47,716 nt of DNA from Anaerolineae bacterium (GTDB lineage Bacteria > Chloroflexota > Anaerolineae > Anaerolineales > UBA11858): contig DUEG01000005.1 in the NCBI GenBank assembly GCA_011176615.1, forward strand, positions 1 to 47,716, in the 5' to 3' direction. Of the stretch, positions 37,530-47,643 are shown piece after piece (position 1 is the stretch's first letter; each line of letters starts with the position of its first letter). Under the pieces are notes generated by a model that did no database searches, was not told where the DNA came from, and saw only the letters and a list, made by a program, of their open reading frames with translations. Both the position numbers and the translations under genes were made by a program.

Positions 37530-38168
37530 ATGCCGGAAAATATTAATTCTGAAGGATACGACATTCCACCCGAGATGCAGCAGACTGTGGCAATTACTAC
37601 TTTAGATAAAATATACAATTGGGGGAGGAAATACTCTGCTTGGCCTATGATGTTCGGACTCGCATGTTGTGCTATCGAAATGATATGCACGGCTGCTAGT
37701 AGATTTGATTTATCAAGATTTGGTATGGAGATTATGCGCCCAAGTCCTAGGCAAGCAGACGTAATGTTGGTGTCAGGAACTGTAACCAAAAAAATGGTTC
37801 CCCAAATTGTCAGACTGTATAATCAAATGCCTGAACCTAAATACGTAGTTGCAATGGGGGCATGTGCATCTGGAGGTGGCCCATTCAAAGGTGGCTATAA
37901 TGTTGTCTCTGGTGTTGATAAATTCTTACCGGTTGATGTTTATATTCCTGGTTGCCCTCCAACACCGCAAGCATTATTGCATGGCTTGATGAAATTGCAA
38001 GAAATGATAGATAAGCAATCTATAAAGAATGTTCGGTGGTATAAAAGGGAGCCAATTGAGGAAATCCCAATACCAATCCTTGGCCCAGACCTAATTGATC
38101 CAAGAGATCTTCCGCAGATCAGAAGTAACTTGCACGCAGAAAAGAATTTAGGAATCAAAGAGAATTGA
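37530..38168 (+). CDS. nuoB: NADH-quinone oxidoreductase subunit B
   Basis: [41 protein letters not shown]. Confidence 0.96.
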   Translation: MPENINSEGYDIPPEMQQTVAITTLDKIYNWGRKYSAWPMMFGLACCAIEMICTAASRFDLSRFGMEIMRPSPRQADVMLVSGTVTKKMVPQIVRLYNQMPEPKYVVAMGACASGGGPFKGGYNVVSGVDKFLPVDVYIPGCPPTPQALLHGLMKLQEMIDKQSIKNVRWYKREPIEEIPIPILGPDLIDPRDLPQIRSNLHAEKNLGIKEN

Positions 38169-38188
38169 CAAAAAAGGCATAAGATATT

Positions 38189-39931
38189 ATGGCAACGAAA
38201 TCATTTAGCATTGATGAAGTTAAAGAAAACTTTCAGGAAATAAACATTGAGGAAGATGAAAGAAAAGGATATTCAGGATTAATAGTCGAAACGGATAAAT
38301 TAGTGGATTTTGCCAACATACTTAAGAACAAAATGGGGTTTGATTATCTTTCATCTGTAACTGGGGTTGATTATCTGCCAGACAACATGATGGAAGTCGT
38401 CTATCACGCATATAAATCAACTGGCGGTAAACCAATGGAATTCAAAGTACAGGTACCCAGGGAAAAACCCGTTGTACCATCATTGGTTTCGGTTTACCCA
38501 GGAGCAGGATTCCAGGAACGAGAAGCATGGGATTTATTAGGTATAAAATTTGATGGACACCCTAATCTAAAGAGAATACTTATGTGGGAAGGCTTTGCTG
38601 GTCATCCACTTCGTAAAGATTGGCACGAAGCATATTATGAAGAAGATGCAAAGCCTTATAAGAGCAGATGGCCAAATGGTCGCGATGTTCATCTTGCTGA
38701 GGACAGAAATCCGTACAAGAAGAATGTTGTATACCCTAAAGATTTTGATCCTGACAAATGGAATCCTGAAGGGGAAGACGCATTATACCTTGGTATGAAA
38801 TCATTGCAAAAGGATGATGATTTAAAAACAGAACAGATCATTGTTAATCTAGGCCCCCAACATCCATCGACGCATGGTGTTTTCAGAATGGTTGTGAATT
38901 TGGAAGGGGAAACAGTAAAGAAACTGGAACCGGTTATGGGGTATCTTCATCGAAATCACGAGAAGATTGGCGAGAGGAATACTTATTTGATGAATATCCC
39001 TTATACGGATCGGCTTGATTATTTATCATCAATGAGCAATAATTTCGGTTATGTTCTTGCTGTTGAAAAACTTATGGGAGAGAAGGCAAAACCGACAGAG
39101 CGCGCAGAATACATTCGCGTAATTATGGCTGAATTTACGCGCATTAGCAATCATTTGTTTGCAATTGGAACTTTCTTGAATGACCTTGGCGCATATTTTA
39201 CACCAATGTTGTATGCGCTTGAAGAACGAGAATTGATAATGGATATATTTGAAGCGACTGCAGGTTCTCGAATAATGTGTAATTATTTCCGATTTGGCGG
39301 TGTTGCTAGGGATCTGCCACCAGGAGTCTATGAGAAAATGCGAGACCTTGTTTTTGATAGGCTTCCAAGGAAAATAGATGAACTAGATAAATACCTTACA
39401 AATAATGAGTTGGTACGAGTACGTAGTGAAGGGATTGGGGTCCTCACACCAGAGGAAGCAATCGCATTTTCTGCAGCGGGACCAGTTTTAAGAGCATCAG
39501 GTGTTCCATACGATGTTAGGAGAGCTGAACCATATGGTATATACAATCGATTTGATTTTAAAGTGGTTGCACGGAACCATGGAGATGTATATGACCGGTA
39601 TTTAGTTAGGCTGGAAGAAATACGCCAGAGTATCCTTATTATTCAACAAGCATTAGATCAAATGCCGGATGGGCCCATTATTAATGGGAAGCCACAATAT
39701 CAAGTTAGAGTGCCTGCTGGAGAGGCATATGGAAGGGTAGAAGGGCCTAAAGGGGAGTTAGGCTTCTATATTGTTTCCAACGGAAAACCAAATCCATGGA
39801 GGTATCACGTACGCGCCCCTTCGTTTATCAACCTGACTGCCTTGAGTAAGATGTGTGAAGGCGATAAGGTTGCTGATACAATTATCATTTTGGGTTCGAT
39901 AGATATTGTGTTGGGTGAAACAGACCGTTAA
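38189..39931 (+). CDS. nuoCD: Fused NADH-quinone oxidoreductase subunit C/D
   Basis: NuoC: [28 protein letters not shown]; NuoD: [38 protein letters not shown]. Confidence 0.94.
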   Translation: MATKSFSIDEVKENFQEINIEEDERKGYSGLIVETDKLVDFANILKNKMGFDYLSSVTGVDYLPDNMMEVVYHAYKSTGGKPMEFKVQVPREKPVVPSLVSVYPGAGFQEREAWDLLGIKFDGHPNLKRILMWEGFAGHPLRKDWHEAYYEEDAKPYKSRWPNGRDVHLAEDRNPYKKNVVYPKDFDPDKWNPEGEDALYLGMKSLQKDDDLKTEQIIVNLGPQHPSTHGVFRMVVNLEGETVKKLEPVMGYLHRNHEKIGERNTYLMNIPYTDRLDYLSSMSNNFGYVLAVEKLMGEKAKPTERAEYIRVIMAEFTRISNHLFAIGTFLNDLGAYFTPMLYALEERELIMDIFEATAGSRIMCNYFRFGGVARDLPPGVYEKMRDLVFDRLPRKIDELDKYLTNNELVRVRSEGIGVLTPEEAIAFSAAGPVLRASGVPYDVRRAEPYGIYNRFDFKVVARNHGDVYDRYLVRLEEIRQSILIIQQALDQMPDGPIINGKPQYQVRVPAGEAYGRVEGPKGELGFYIVSNGKPNPWRYHVRAPSFINLTALSKMCEGDKVADTIIILGSIDIVLGETDR

Positions 39932-39959
39932 ATTAGGTGTACTCAAGGAAAAATGAAAA

Positions 39960-40565
39960 ATGTATGGAAAAGGAATTGTCAAAGGATTAGGAATTACCCT
40001 AAAGCGTTTGATTGAGACCTATATTGATGATATCAAGTGGGGCAAGAAGAGATACAATACGGACGAAGGAATCGCTCATCGAATGAGCAAAGATGCACGT
40101 GGTATTTTTACAGTACAGTACCCAGAAGAGAAAATACCTGTACCTGAAGAATTTAGGTTTATTCCGTTTTTGATTTATGAAGTTGATGAAAATGGAGAGA
40201 AAATTGAGCGGTGTACATCTTGTGGAATTTGTGCTAAAGTTTGCCCATCACAATGTATATGGATTGAAAGGACGAAGGATCCGAAAACAGGCAGACCTGT
40301 ACCGGTGCCCGCAGAATTCTATATAGATATTGATATGTGTCTGAATTGTGGTTTGTGTGCTGAGTATTGCCCATTTGATGCAATTAAAATGGATCATGAT
40401 TATGAACTCGCAAGTTATGAAAGGACAATATACAATAAAGAAAAATTATTAAAGCCAGTTTCATATTATGCTTCAATAAGACCACGTAATTACGAAAGAG
40501 AAGAAAAAGCGCGTGCAAAGGCTGCTGCAATTAAAAATGCACGGAAAAAACAAAATATAAGATAA
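39960..40565 (+). CDS. nuoI: NADH-quinone oxidoreductase subunit I (2x[4Fe-4S])
   Basis: TVQYPEE, CTSCGICAKVCP, CLNCGLCAEYCPFDAI. Confidence 0.9.
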   Translation: MYGKGIVKGLGITLKRLIETYIDDIKWGKKRYNTDEGIAHRMSKDARGIFTVQYPEEKIPVPEEFRFIPFLIYEVDENGEKIERCTSCGICAKVCPSQCIWIERTKDPKTGRPVPVPAEFYIDIDMCLNCGLCAEYCPFDAIKMDHDYELASYERTIYNKEKLLKPVSYYASIRPRNYEREEKARAKAAAIKNARKKQNIR

Positions 40566-40588
40566 ATAAAATTCGAGGGATATAAATA

Positions 40589-41683
40589 ATGAGTAATAAA
40601 GATAATTTAAAGAAATCAGTATTAAATGCTTTAAGTACGGTTCAAGATCCAGATTTACATAAAGATCTTGTGACGTTAAATATGATTAAGGATTTAAAAA
40701 TTGTCGGGGAAAAAGCAAGTTTCCGAATTGTATTAACAACGCCAGCATGTCCGATGAAGGATCGTATTAAAAACGATGCAATTGATGCGGTAAAAAAAGT
40801 ACCTGGCGTAAAAGAAGTAGAAGTTACTATGGATGCAGAAGTGCCTGCAGATGGAAAGGTGAGGGGATTGTTGGATGCGCCAGTGAAAAATGCGGTAGCA
40901 ATAGCGTCTGGAAAGGGAGGGGTAGGTAAAAGCACGATTGCCGTAAATCTCGCAGTGTCTTTGGCAAAAAGTGGCGCTAGCGTTGGATTAATGGATGCAG
41001 ATATTTATGGACCCAACATTCCCACTATGATGGGTGTTAATAAGATTCCAGGAACAGATGGCAAAAAATTGATACCTGCTGAGGCGTATGGCGTCAAAAT
41101 GATATCGATTGGTTTTTTAGTTAAGCCAGGAGAGCCGCTAATTTGGCGAGGACCGATGTTGCATTCTGCTATAAGGCAATTCATAACAGATGTCTCCTGG
41201 GGAGAATTGGATTATTTAATTATTGACCTGCCGCCCGGCACGGGGGATGCACAATTAAGTCTATGTCAATCTTTGGCACTAAGTGGCGGCGTTATTGTAA
41301 CCCTGCCTCAACAAGTGTCGCTTGAAGATGCGCGCAGAGGATTAGAAATGTTCAGAAAATTAAATGTGCCAGTTCTTGGTGTAATTGAAAACATGAGTTA
41401 CCTTGAGCTACCGGATGGAACACGAATGGATATATTTGGATTTGGTGGGGGAGAAAGACTAGCAAAAGACACAGGGGTTCCATTCCTTGGCGCTATCCCA
41501 ATAGATCCATTGGTAAGATTGGGTGGTGATGATGGTGTGCCCGTTGTTATCTCGAATGAGAAAAGCGTTGTGTCTCAGGAATTGATTAAAGCAACACAAA
41601 GAATTGCTGCTGAGGTAAGTATCGCTGCCATAAACAAGGAAAATAGGATACCAATTAATATGGTAGGATTTGGTAAAAAATAA
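40589..41683 (+). CDS. mrp: Mrp/NBP35 (ApbC) ATPase with N-terminal DUF59 domain
   Basis: V.DPDL, LTTPACP, ASGKGGVGKS, DADIYGP, WRGPM, DLPPGTGD, ENMS. Confidence 0.92.
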   Translation: MSNKDNLKKSVLNALSTVQDPDLHKDLVTLNMIKDLKIVGEKASFRIVLTTPACPMKDRIKNDAIDAVKKVPGVKEVEVTMDAEVPADGKVRGLLDAPVKNAVAIASGKGGVGKSTIAVNLAVSLAKSGASVGLMDADIYGPNIPTMMGVNKIPGTDGKKLIPAEAYGVKMISIGFLVKPGEPLIWRGPMLHSAIRQFITDVSWGELDYLIIDLPPGTGDAQLSLCQSLALSGGVIVTLPQQVSLEDARRGLEMFRKLNVPVLGVIENMSYLELPDGTRMDIFGFGGGERLAKDTGVPFLGAIPIDPLVRLGGDDGVPVVISNEKSVVSQELIKATQRIAAEVSIAAINKENRIPINMVGFGKK

Positions 41684-41709
41684 ATAAGTTTACTGAAGAA
41701 TATATATTC

Positions 41710-41747
41710 ACGAGTTTTGTGATAGTTTTCTCGCAAGACTCGTTTTT
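41710..41747 (+). terminator. Intrinsic terminator after mrp
   Basis: ACGAGTTTTGTGA...TCGCAAGACTCGT then TTTT (with G-U pairs). Confidence 0.75.
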
Positions 41748-41770
41748 ATATATGAGGTAGAATATATCAA

Positions 41771-42589
41771 ATGGAAAAGAAAAAAGTCGGCATAAAATTT
41801 AAGAAAGTGGGAAAGATTTACCATTTTGATGCGAAGAATGTAAAAAGCATCGAAATTGGAGACTATGTCGTCGTTGAAACGAGCAGAGGTATGCAGTTAG
41901 GTCGTGTTGAGGTCATTTTTAAATCAAATGGCGAAGTGAATAAGGAAAAACTAAAACCAATAATTAGGAAAGCAACCCCACGGGACTTGTTGATTAGACA
42001 ATTGTGGAAGAAAAAAGAAATTGATGCATTAAATAAATGCAGGGAAAAGGCTGCTAAACTTAATATAAGAGGGATGAAGTTAGTTTCTGCAGAATATACA
42101 TTTGATGGAAAACGATTAACTATTATGTATTATGTGGAAGGAGGGGAGAAAATTGATCTTGGTAGTTTCAATAAAGCAATATCACATTTTTTCCCTCGAC
42201 AAAAAGTTGAATTAAAGCAGATAGGACCACGTGATGTCGCAAAATTTATTGGGGGTTTAGGCGCGTGCGGCATGGAAACTAGATGCTGTACTATGTTTTT
42301 AACAGATTTCAACCCGATTTCTATAAAAATGGCAAAAATTCAAGGAATATCACTTGCTCCGTCTGAAATAACTGGAATGTGTGGACGCCTTCGATGCTGT
42401 TTAATATATGAATATGAACAGTATTTAGAAATGCGGTCGAATTTGCCTAGAAAAGGAAAGAAAATTATCACGCCTCTTGGGGAGGGAAAAGTCACTGAGA
42501 TTTATCCATTAAGTGGAAAGATACTTGTAAATATTGATAAAATCGGGAAGAAGAAGTTTGCAATAGAAGAAGTTAAATACAAAGAATAA
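41771..42589 (+). CDS. ricT: PSP1-domain protein (RicT/YaaT family)
   Basis: GKIYHF, VVVET.RG, QIG.RD.AK.IGGLGACG...CC, SIKMAK.Q, GMCGRLRCCL.YE. Confidence 0.88.
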   Translation: MEKKKVGIKFKKVGKIYHFDAKNVKSIEIGDYVVVETSRGMQLGRVEVIFKSNGEVNKEKLKPIIRKATPRDLLIRQLWKKKEIDALNKCREKAAKLNIRGMKLVSAEYTFDGKRLTIMYYVEGGEKIDLGSFNKAISHFFPRQKVELKQIGPRDVAKFIGGLGACGMETRCCTMFLTDFNPISIKMAKIQGISLAPSEITGMCGRLRCCLIYEYEQYLEMRSNLPRKGKKIITPLGEGKVTEIYPLSGKILVNIDKIGKKKFAIEEVKYKE

Positions 42590-42629
42590 TAGAGATATCA
42601 ACATTAATAGTGTGCTATAGGGAATAGTA

Positions 42630-43817
42630 ATGATTGATTTTATCAATGAAAGTAGAAACATATTTAATTATGCGCAAGAAAAAAGAAGAGATTTTCATAG
42701 GCACCCAGAATTGGGCTTTAAGGAAATTCGGACTAGCAAAATAATTGAAAAAGAGTTACAAAAATTAGGGCTAGAAGTTAAACCGGGGATTGGCGGAACT
42801 GGAGTTATTGGACTATTAGAAGGATACCGAAAATACCCTGTTGTATTACTGCGTTTTGATATGGATGCTCTTCCAATACAAGAAGAGAATGAGGTTGATT
42901 ATGTATCAAGGAACAAGGGCGTTATGCATGCGTGTGGACATGATGGTCACATGGCGATTGGTTTATCTGTTGCAAAATTGTTATCACAATACAAGAATGA
43001 AATACCCGGTACTATTAAATTTGTGTTTCAACCTGCAGAGGAGGGATTAGGGGGAGCATTGGCGATGATTGAGGGTGGTGTTTTAAAAGATCCCAAACCC
43101 AATTATTCCTTAGCAATGCATTTATGGAATGAAGAAAATATAGGATGGATTGGTGTTACAGAAGGCCCAGCAATGGCTGCTTCAGAAACCTTTAATATTC
43201 ATATTACAGGAAAAGGAGGGCATGGAGCATCACCACATCAGACGGTCGATCCAATTTACATAGCGGCTCAAATAATTAATACATTACAAAGTATTGTCTC
43301 TAGAAATATCGACCCACTAAAAACAGGTGTTGTAAGTGTCACATCGGTACATGGAGGCGATACATTTAATGTTATCCCGCAATATGTTGAATTAAGCGGA
43401 ACTATAAGAACATTTGACCGCGAGACAAGAGAATTGGTTTTGAAACGTTTTAAGGAAATCGTTAGAGGTATTATAAAAACATTTAATGCAGAAGTAGAAA
43501 TTTCGATTGAAGATGTGACGCCTGCTGTAATTAACGATGAGATTGTATCGAAAAATATTTTACAAATGGCAAGAAATCTATTTCCTAAATATAAAGTAGT
43601 AAACGATGTTATAACTATGGGCTCTGAAGATATGGCTTACATGATGAAAGATATCCCAGGATGCTATATGTTTGTGGGCTCGTCTAATCCAGAAAGAGGA
43701 TTGACGGCAAAACATCACCACCCAAAATTTGATTTTGATGAACAGGCTCTTTCAATAGGCACGGCACTGATGTCGTCAGCAGCCATTCTAATCCTTGGAA
43801 TGGAAGATAATAATTAG
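42630..43817 (+). CDS. M20D family amidohydrolase
   Basis: RRDFHRHPELGFKE, RFDMDALP, MHACGHDGH, FQPAEEG, GKGGHG, SEDM, HHHPKFDFDE. Confidence 0.93.
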   Translation: MIDFINESRNIFNYAQEKRRDFHRHPELGFKEIRTSKIIEKELQKLGLEVKPGIGGTGVIGLLEGYRKYPVVLLRFDMDALPIQEENEVDYVSRNKGVMHACGHDGHMAIGLSVAKLLSQYKNEIPGTIKFVFQPAEEGLGGALAMIEGGVLKDPKPNYSLAMHLWNEENIGWIGVTEGPAMAASETFNIHITGKGGHGASPHQTVDPIYIAAQIINTLQSIVSRNIDPLKTGVVSVTSVHGGDTFNVIPQYVELSGTIRTFDRETRELVLKRFKEIVRGIIKTFNAEVEISIEDVTPAVINDEIVSKNILQMARNLFPKYKVVNDVITMGSEDMAYMMKDIPGCYMFVGSSNPERGLTAKHHHPKFDFDEQALSIGTALMSSAAILILGMEDNN

Positions 43818-43892
43818 GCTGGGTATTTAATATTTATAGATGGGGAGAAAAAATTGAAATATCAATTTTCATTAAAACATAAGATTTTTTTA

Positions 43893-43966
43893 TTGACCTT
43901 GTTAACAAGAGGTGATAAAATTTTTGCATAATGAATCATATGATTAAACATAACAATCATATTAAT
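43893..43966 (+). promoter_or_regulatory. Promoter and palindromic operators of GntR-korAB operon
   Basis: TTGACC-17 bp-TAAAAT; palindromes CTTGTTAACAAG (43898-43909) and AATCATATGATT (43934-43945); degenerate copy AATCATATTAAT (43955-43966). Confidence 0.65.
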
Positions 43967-43982
43967 ATTATGGAATATCCAA

Positions 43983-44651
43983 ATGATTGATCAGGGGAAA
44001 CCATCTGAGCTTCTCAAATATATTCTTGAAATAAAACAATCTTCAATAGATCGTAGGTTGCCCTCATTAAAAGTACTTAGTGATGAAATGGGTGTTAGTA
44101 TTACAAGTCTTCGCGAGCAATTGGAAGTGGCAAAAATGCTTGGCTTGGTTGATGTAAAGCCAAGAAAGGGCATTAGTTTAAATAATTACTCATTTAAACC
44201 AGCAATATGGGAAAGCCTATCTTATGCAATAAAATTAAAACCAAAATACTTTGATGATTTTTTTGATTTACGGATGCATGTTGAAAAATCATATTGGCAT
44301 CAAGCAGTTAGTAAATTAGAAAATGAAGATAAATTGGAATTACAAGAATTAATGAAAGATGCATGGAAAAAACTTCAAGGTAATCCGGCTAGAATTCCTC
44401 ATCAAGAACACAGGAAATTGCATTTAGGGATTTACAAACGCCTTGATAACACGTTTGTCATAGGAATTCTTGGAGCATATTGGGACGCGTATGAGGCAGA
44501 GGGATTAAACATTGTGACAGATTATGATTATCTAAAAAATGTATGGAATTATCATCAGAGACTGGTTGATTGTATATGTGATAACAAATTAGATGAAGGT
44601 TATGAAATACTAGCAGAGCATTTTGAATTGCTTTATCAAAGACCGGAGTGA
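43983..44651 (+). CDS. GntR/FadR family transcriptional regulator
   Basis: RLPS...LS.EMGVS..SLRE.L......GLV..KP.KG; FCD-like LR...E, HRKLH, HQRLV, LAEH. Confidence 0.88.
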   Translation: MIDQGKPSELLKYILEIKQSSIDRRLPSLKVLSDEMGVSITSLREQLEVAKMLGLVDVKPRKGISLNNYSFKPAIWESLSYAIKLKPKYFDDFFDLRMHVEKSYWHQAVSKLENEDKLELQELMKDAWKKLQGNPARIPHQEHRKLHLGIYKRLDNTFVIGILGAYWDAYEAEGLNIVTDYDYLKNVWNYHQRLVDCICDNKLDEGYEILAEHFELLYQRPE

Positions 44652-44710
44652 TGATAGATTAATAAAGTTAAAATACAATAACAGGAACGAAGATTTATTT
44701 AGGAGAAATT

Positions 44711-46546
44711 ATGAATAAACTAGAGGTAAAAGAAAGTGATGAATCAATGAAGGCAATGAGGGAAATTGTTAATGATTTTTCCATTACCGTAGGTACTGTG
44801 AATGGATCTGGTAGCCAAACATCCAATTTAACAATACTTCGCTCAATTTTCAAGATGGGCATCCCTGTTTCAGGTAAAAATATTTTCCCTTCAAACATAC
44901 AAGGATTGCCAACTTGGTACACAATTAGGGTTAGCAAAGACGGATATTTAGCGAGACGTGAAGAGCACGAAATTGTTATTGCGATGAACCCTGTTACTTT
45001 CAATCAGGATTTAAACGATCTTGTTCCAGGTGGCGCATTATTTTATGCTGATCACATAAAGGAGGAAATCACAAGGGATGATATTGTAGTTTACCCAATG
45101 CCCGTAAAACAACTGGTTAGCGAAATGAATGTTCCTGGTAATCTTAAGGATTATGTAGCAAATATGGTTTATGTTGGCATACTTGCAGAAATGATTGGAA
45201 TTGATTATGGGAAAATAGAAAAGGCTCTCGATTTCCATTTTAAAGGGAAAAAAGCACCAATAGACATGAATTTTGGCACAGTAAAACTTGCGGGGAAATG
45301 GGCTTCTGAAAATTTAAATAAAGAAGATTTATTTGTGTTGGAGCCAATGGATAAAACAGATGGTTTTATTATGTCGGACGGGAACACGTCTGGCGCGCTT
45401 GGATCAATTTATGGTGGTGTTGAGTTTGTGTCATGGTATCCTATAACACCTGCATCAAGCCTTGCTGAATCGTTAAATTATTTTTTACCGATGCTTCGAA
45501 AAGACCCAAAAACGGGGAAAAATACATTTGCAGTTGTTCAAACAGAAGATGAATTGGCTGCTGTTGGAATGGCAATCGGCGCCGGATGGGCAGGTTTAAG
45601 ATCTATGACATCAACTTCTGGTCCAGGTATTAGTTTGATGTCAGAATTTACAAGCCTTGCATATTACAGCGAAGTACCTCTTGTGATTTGGGATGTACAG
45701 AGAATGGGTCCAAGTACCGGGCTTCCAACGAGAACTTCACAAGGGGATATAAACCAAGCATATTTCTTGGGACATGGGGATACAAAACATATTTTATTGT
45801 TCCCGTCTTCCATAAGAGAATGCTTTGAATTTGGTTGGAAATCGCTTGATTTGGCTGAGCAATTACAGACACCAGTGTTTATTATTAGCGATCTTGACCT
45901 CGGATTAAATCAATGGATGTCTGAGCCATTTACTTATCCTGATACTCCAATAAAGCGGGGAAAGGTGCTTTGGGAAGAAGATTTGGAGAAACTTAAACAA
46001 CCTTGGGGAAGATACCTGGATATTGATGGCGATGGAATCCCATATAGAACAGTGCCAGGAAATAGACATCCGAAAAGTGCTTATTTTGCTAGAGGCACGG
46101 GACACGATGAATTCGCGAATTATTCGGAGGATCCAGCTGTTTGGTCGGAAAATATGGAGAGATTGAATAAAAAATTTGATACTGCGCGTCAATTGGTGCC
46201 AAAACCTATCGTAGAAAACGATGATAACGCCGATATAGCAATTATTGCATTTGGTTCAACGCATCATGCAATCAAAGAGGCTGTCGATATATTAAAAAAG
46301 GATGGCGTTACTATTGATTATATGCGATTGAGATCTCTGCCATTTACTAAAGAGGTGAGCGAATTTGTTATGAAACATAACAGAATCTATGTGATAGAAA
46401 TGAATCGAGATGGTCAGATGAATCAATTGCTGGTGATTGAGTATCCTGAAATTGCTTCTAAATTTATTTCTGTAACACACAACGATGGAATGCAACTAAC
46501 CGCAAAATGGATTGTGAATGCAATAATGGATAAGGAGGCTAAATAA
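44711..46546 (+). CDS. korA: 2-oxoacid:ferredoxin oxidoreductase alpha subunit
   Basis: NGSGSQT, PSNIQGLPT, WYPITPAS, EDELAA, TSTSGPG, QRMGPSTGLPT; substrate not determinable. Confidence 0.9.
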   Translation: MNKLEVKESDESMKAMREIVNDFSITVGTVNGSGSQTSNLTILRSIFKMGIPVSGKNIFPSNIQGLPTWYTIRVSKDGYLARREEHEIVIAMNPVTFNQDLNDLVPGGALFYADHIKEEITRDDIVVYPMPVKQLVSEMNVPGNLKDYVANMVYVGILAEMIGIDYGKIEKALDFHFKGKKAPIDMNFGTVKLAGKWASENLNKEDLFVLEPMDKTDGFIMSDGNTSGALGSIYGGVEFVSWYPITPASSLAESLNYFLPMLRKDPKTGKNTFAVVQTEDELAAVGMAIGAGWAGLRSMTSTSGPGISLMSEFTSLAYYSEVPLVIWDVQRMGPSTGLPTRTSQGDINQAYFLGHGDTKHILLFPSSIRECFEFGWKSLDLAEQLQTPVFIISDLDLGLNQWMSEPFTYPDTPIKRGKVLWEEDLEKLKQPWGRYLDIDGDGIPYRTVPGNRHPKSAYFARGTGHDEFANYSEDPAVWSENMERLNKKFDTARQLVPKPIVENDDNADIAIIAFGSTHHAIKEAVDILKKDGVTIDYMRLRSLPFTKEVSEFVMKHNRIYVIEMNRDGQMNQLLVIEYPEIASKFISVTHNDGMQLTAKWIVNAIMDKEAK

Positions 46547-46547
46547 G

Positions 46548-47585
46548 ATGGCTGGTAAAAGTCCGCAGGGAAAAGTCAATTTAGTTAATTTAACAAAAAG
46601 TGATTATCGAGGAGCACCATCAACACTTTGCCAAGGTTGTGGCCACAATTCTATTGCTAGCCAGATAATTGCAGCATGTTATGAAATGAATATAATTCCT
46701 GAAAATGTTGTAAAGTTTAGTGGAATAGGATGTTCAAGTAAAAGCCCAACTTATTTCTTAGGAAGATCTTTTGGATTTAATGGGTTGCATGGAAGAATGC
46801 CTCCTTTAGCAACTGGCGCTATGTTTGGGGATACATCTTTATTGGGTATTGGGCTGAGCGGTGACGGGGATACTGCGAGTATTGGAATGGGTCATTTTAA
46901 ACATGTGATGAGACGTAATTTGCCACTAGTATATATTGTTGAAAATAATGGGGTTTATGGATTAACAAAGGGACAGTTTTCGGCAACTGCAGAAATAGGA
47001 TTGAGTCTAAAGAAGCAAGGCACGAATCTTTATATGCCTGTAGACATTGCTGCGGAGGCAGTTGCCAGTAATGCAACGTTTGTAGCGAGATCGTTTGCTG
47101 GAGATCCTAAACAGGTGAAGGAGTTGATAAAAGCTGCATTTAGCCACAAAGGTATTGCAATACTGGACATAATTAGTCCTTGTGTTTCATTTAATAATCG
47201 AGAAGATTCGCACCATTCCTATAAATGGGGAAAATTACACGAATCTGCGTTACATGAACTTTCTTACGTACCACCTAAAGAAGAAATCATGGTTGAATAT
47301 GAGAAGGGCGAATTAAAAGACGTTGAAATGCATGATGGATCCTTAATAAGATTAAGGAAATTAGGAAAAGATTATGATCCAACAGATAGAGCAGCAGCAT
47401 TACGTGCTCTTGAAGAGGCAAATAAAAACCAAGAACTTCTAACGGGATTGATATATATCGATACTAGTCACCCGTCTTTATTCGACATGTATGATTTACC
47501 AGATGAAGCATTGAATAGACTTACACCCGATAGAATTAGACCCACCAAAGAAAGCATTGATAAAATAAATGCTCTAATGTTTTGA
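46548..47585 (+). CDS. korB: 2-oxoacid:ferredoxin oxidoreductase beta subunit
   Basis: LCQGCGH, SGIGCSS, HGR, TPP motif GDGD...NNGVYGLTKGQ, SPC. Confidence 0.92.
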   Translation: MAGKSPQGKVNLVNLTKSDYRGAPSTLCQGCGHNSIASQIIAACYEMNIIPENVVKFSGIGCSSKSPTYFLGRSFGFNGLHGRMPPLATGAMFGDTSLLGIGLSGDGDTASIGMGHFKHVMRRNLPLVYIVENNGVYGLTKGQFSATAEIGLSLKKQGTNLYMPVDIAAEAVASNATFVARSFAGDPKQVKELIKAAFSHKGIAILDIISPCVSFNNREDSHHSYKWGKLHESALHELSYVPPKEEIMVEYEKGELKDVEMHDGSLIRLRKLGKDYDPTDRAAALRALEEANKNQELLTGLIYIDTSHPSLFDMYDLPDEALNRLTPDRIRPTKESIDKINALMF

Positions 47586-47600
47586 TGTGAAAAGATATTA

Positions 47601-47643
47601 AACAATAAATAACGGCGCATTGTTTGCGCCGTTATTTATTGTT
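47601..47643. terminator. Bidirectional terminator, 19-bp perfect inverted repeat
   Basis: AACAATAAATAACGGCGCA-TTGTT-TGCGCCGTTATTTATTGTT. Confidence 0.85.

Noticed and set aside
38189-39931. Group 4 NiFe hydrogenase large subunit
   Set aside because: No N- or C-terminal CxxC nickel ligands; motifs are those of NuoD.
47601-47643. 19-bp inverted repeat as a MITE or transposon end
   Set aside because: Single copy with a 5-nt loop directly after the korB stop; best explained as a bidirectional terminator.
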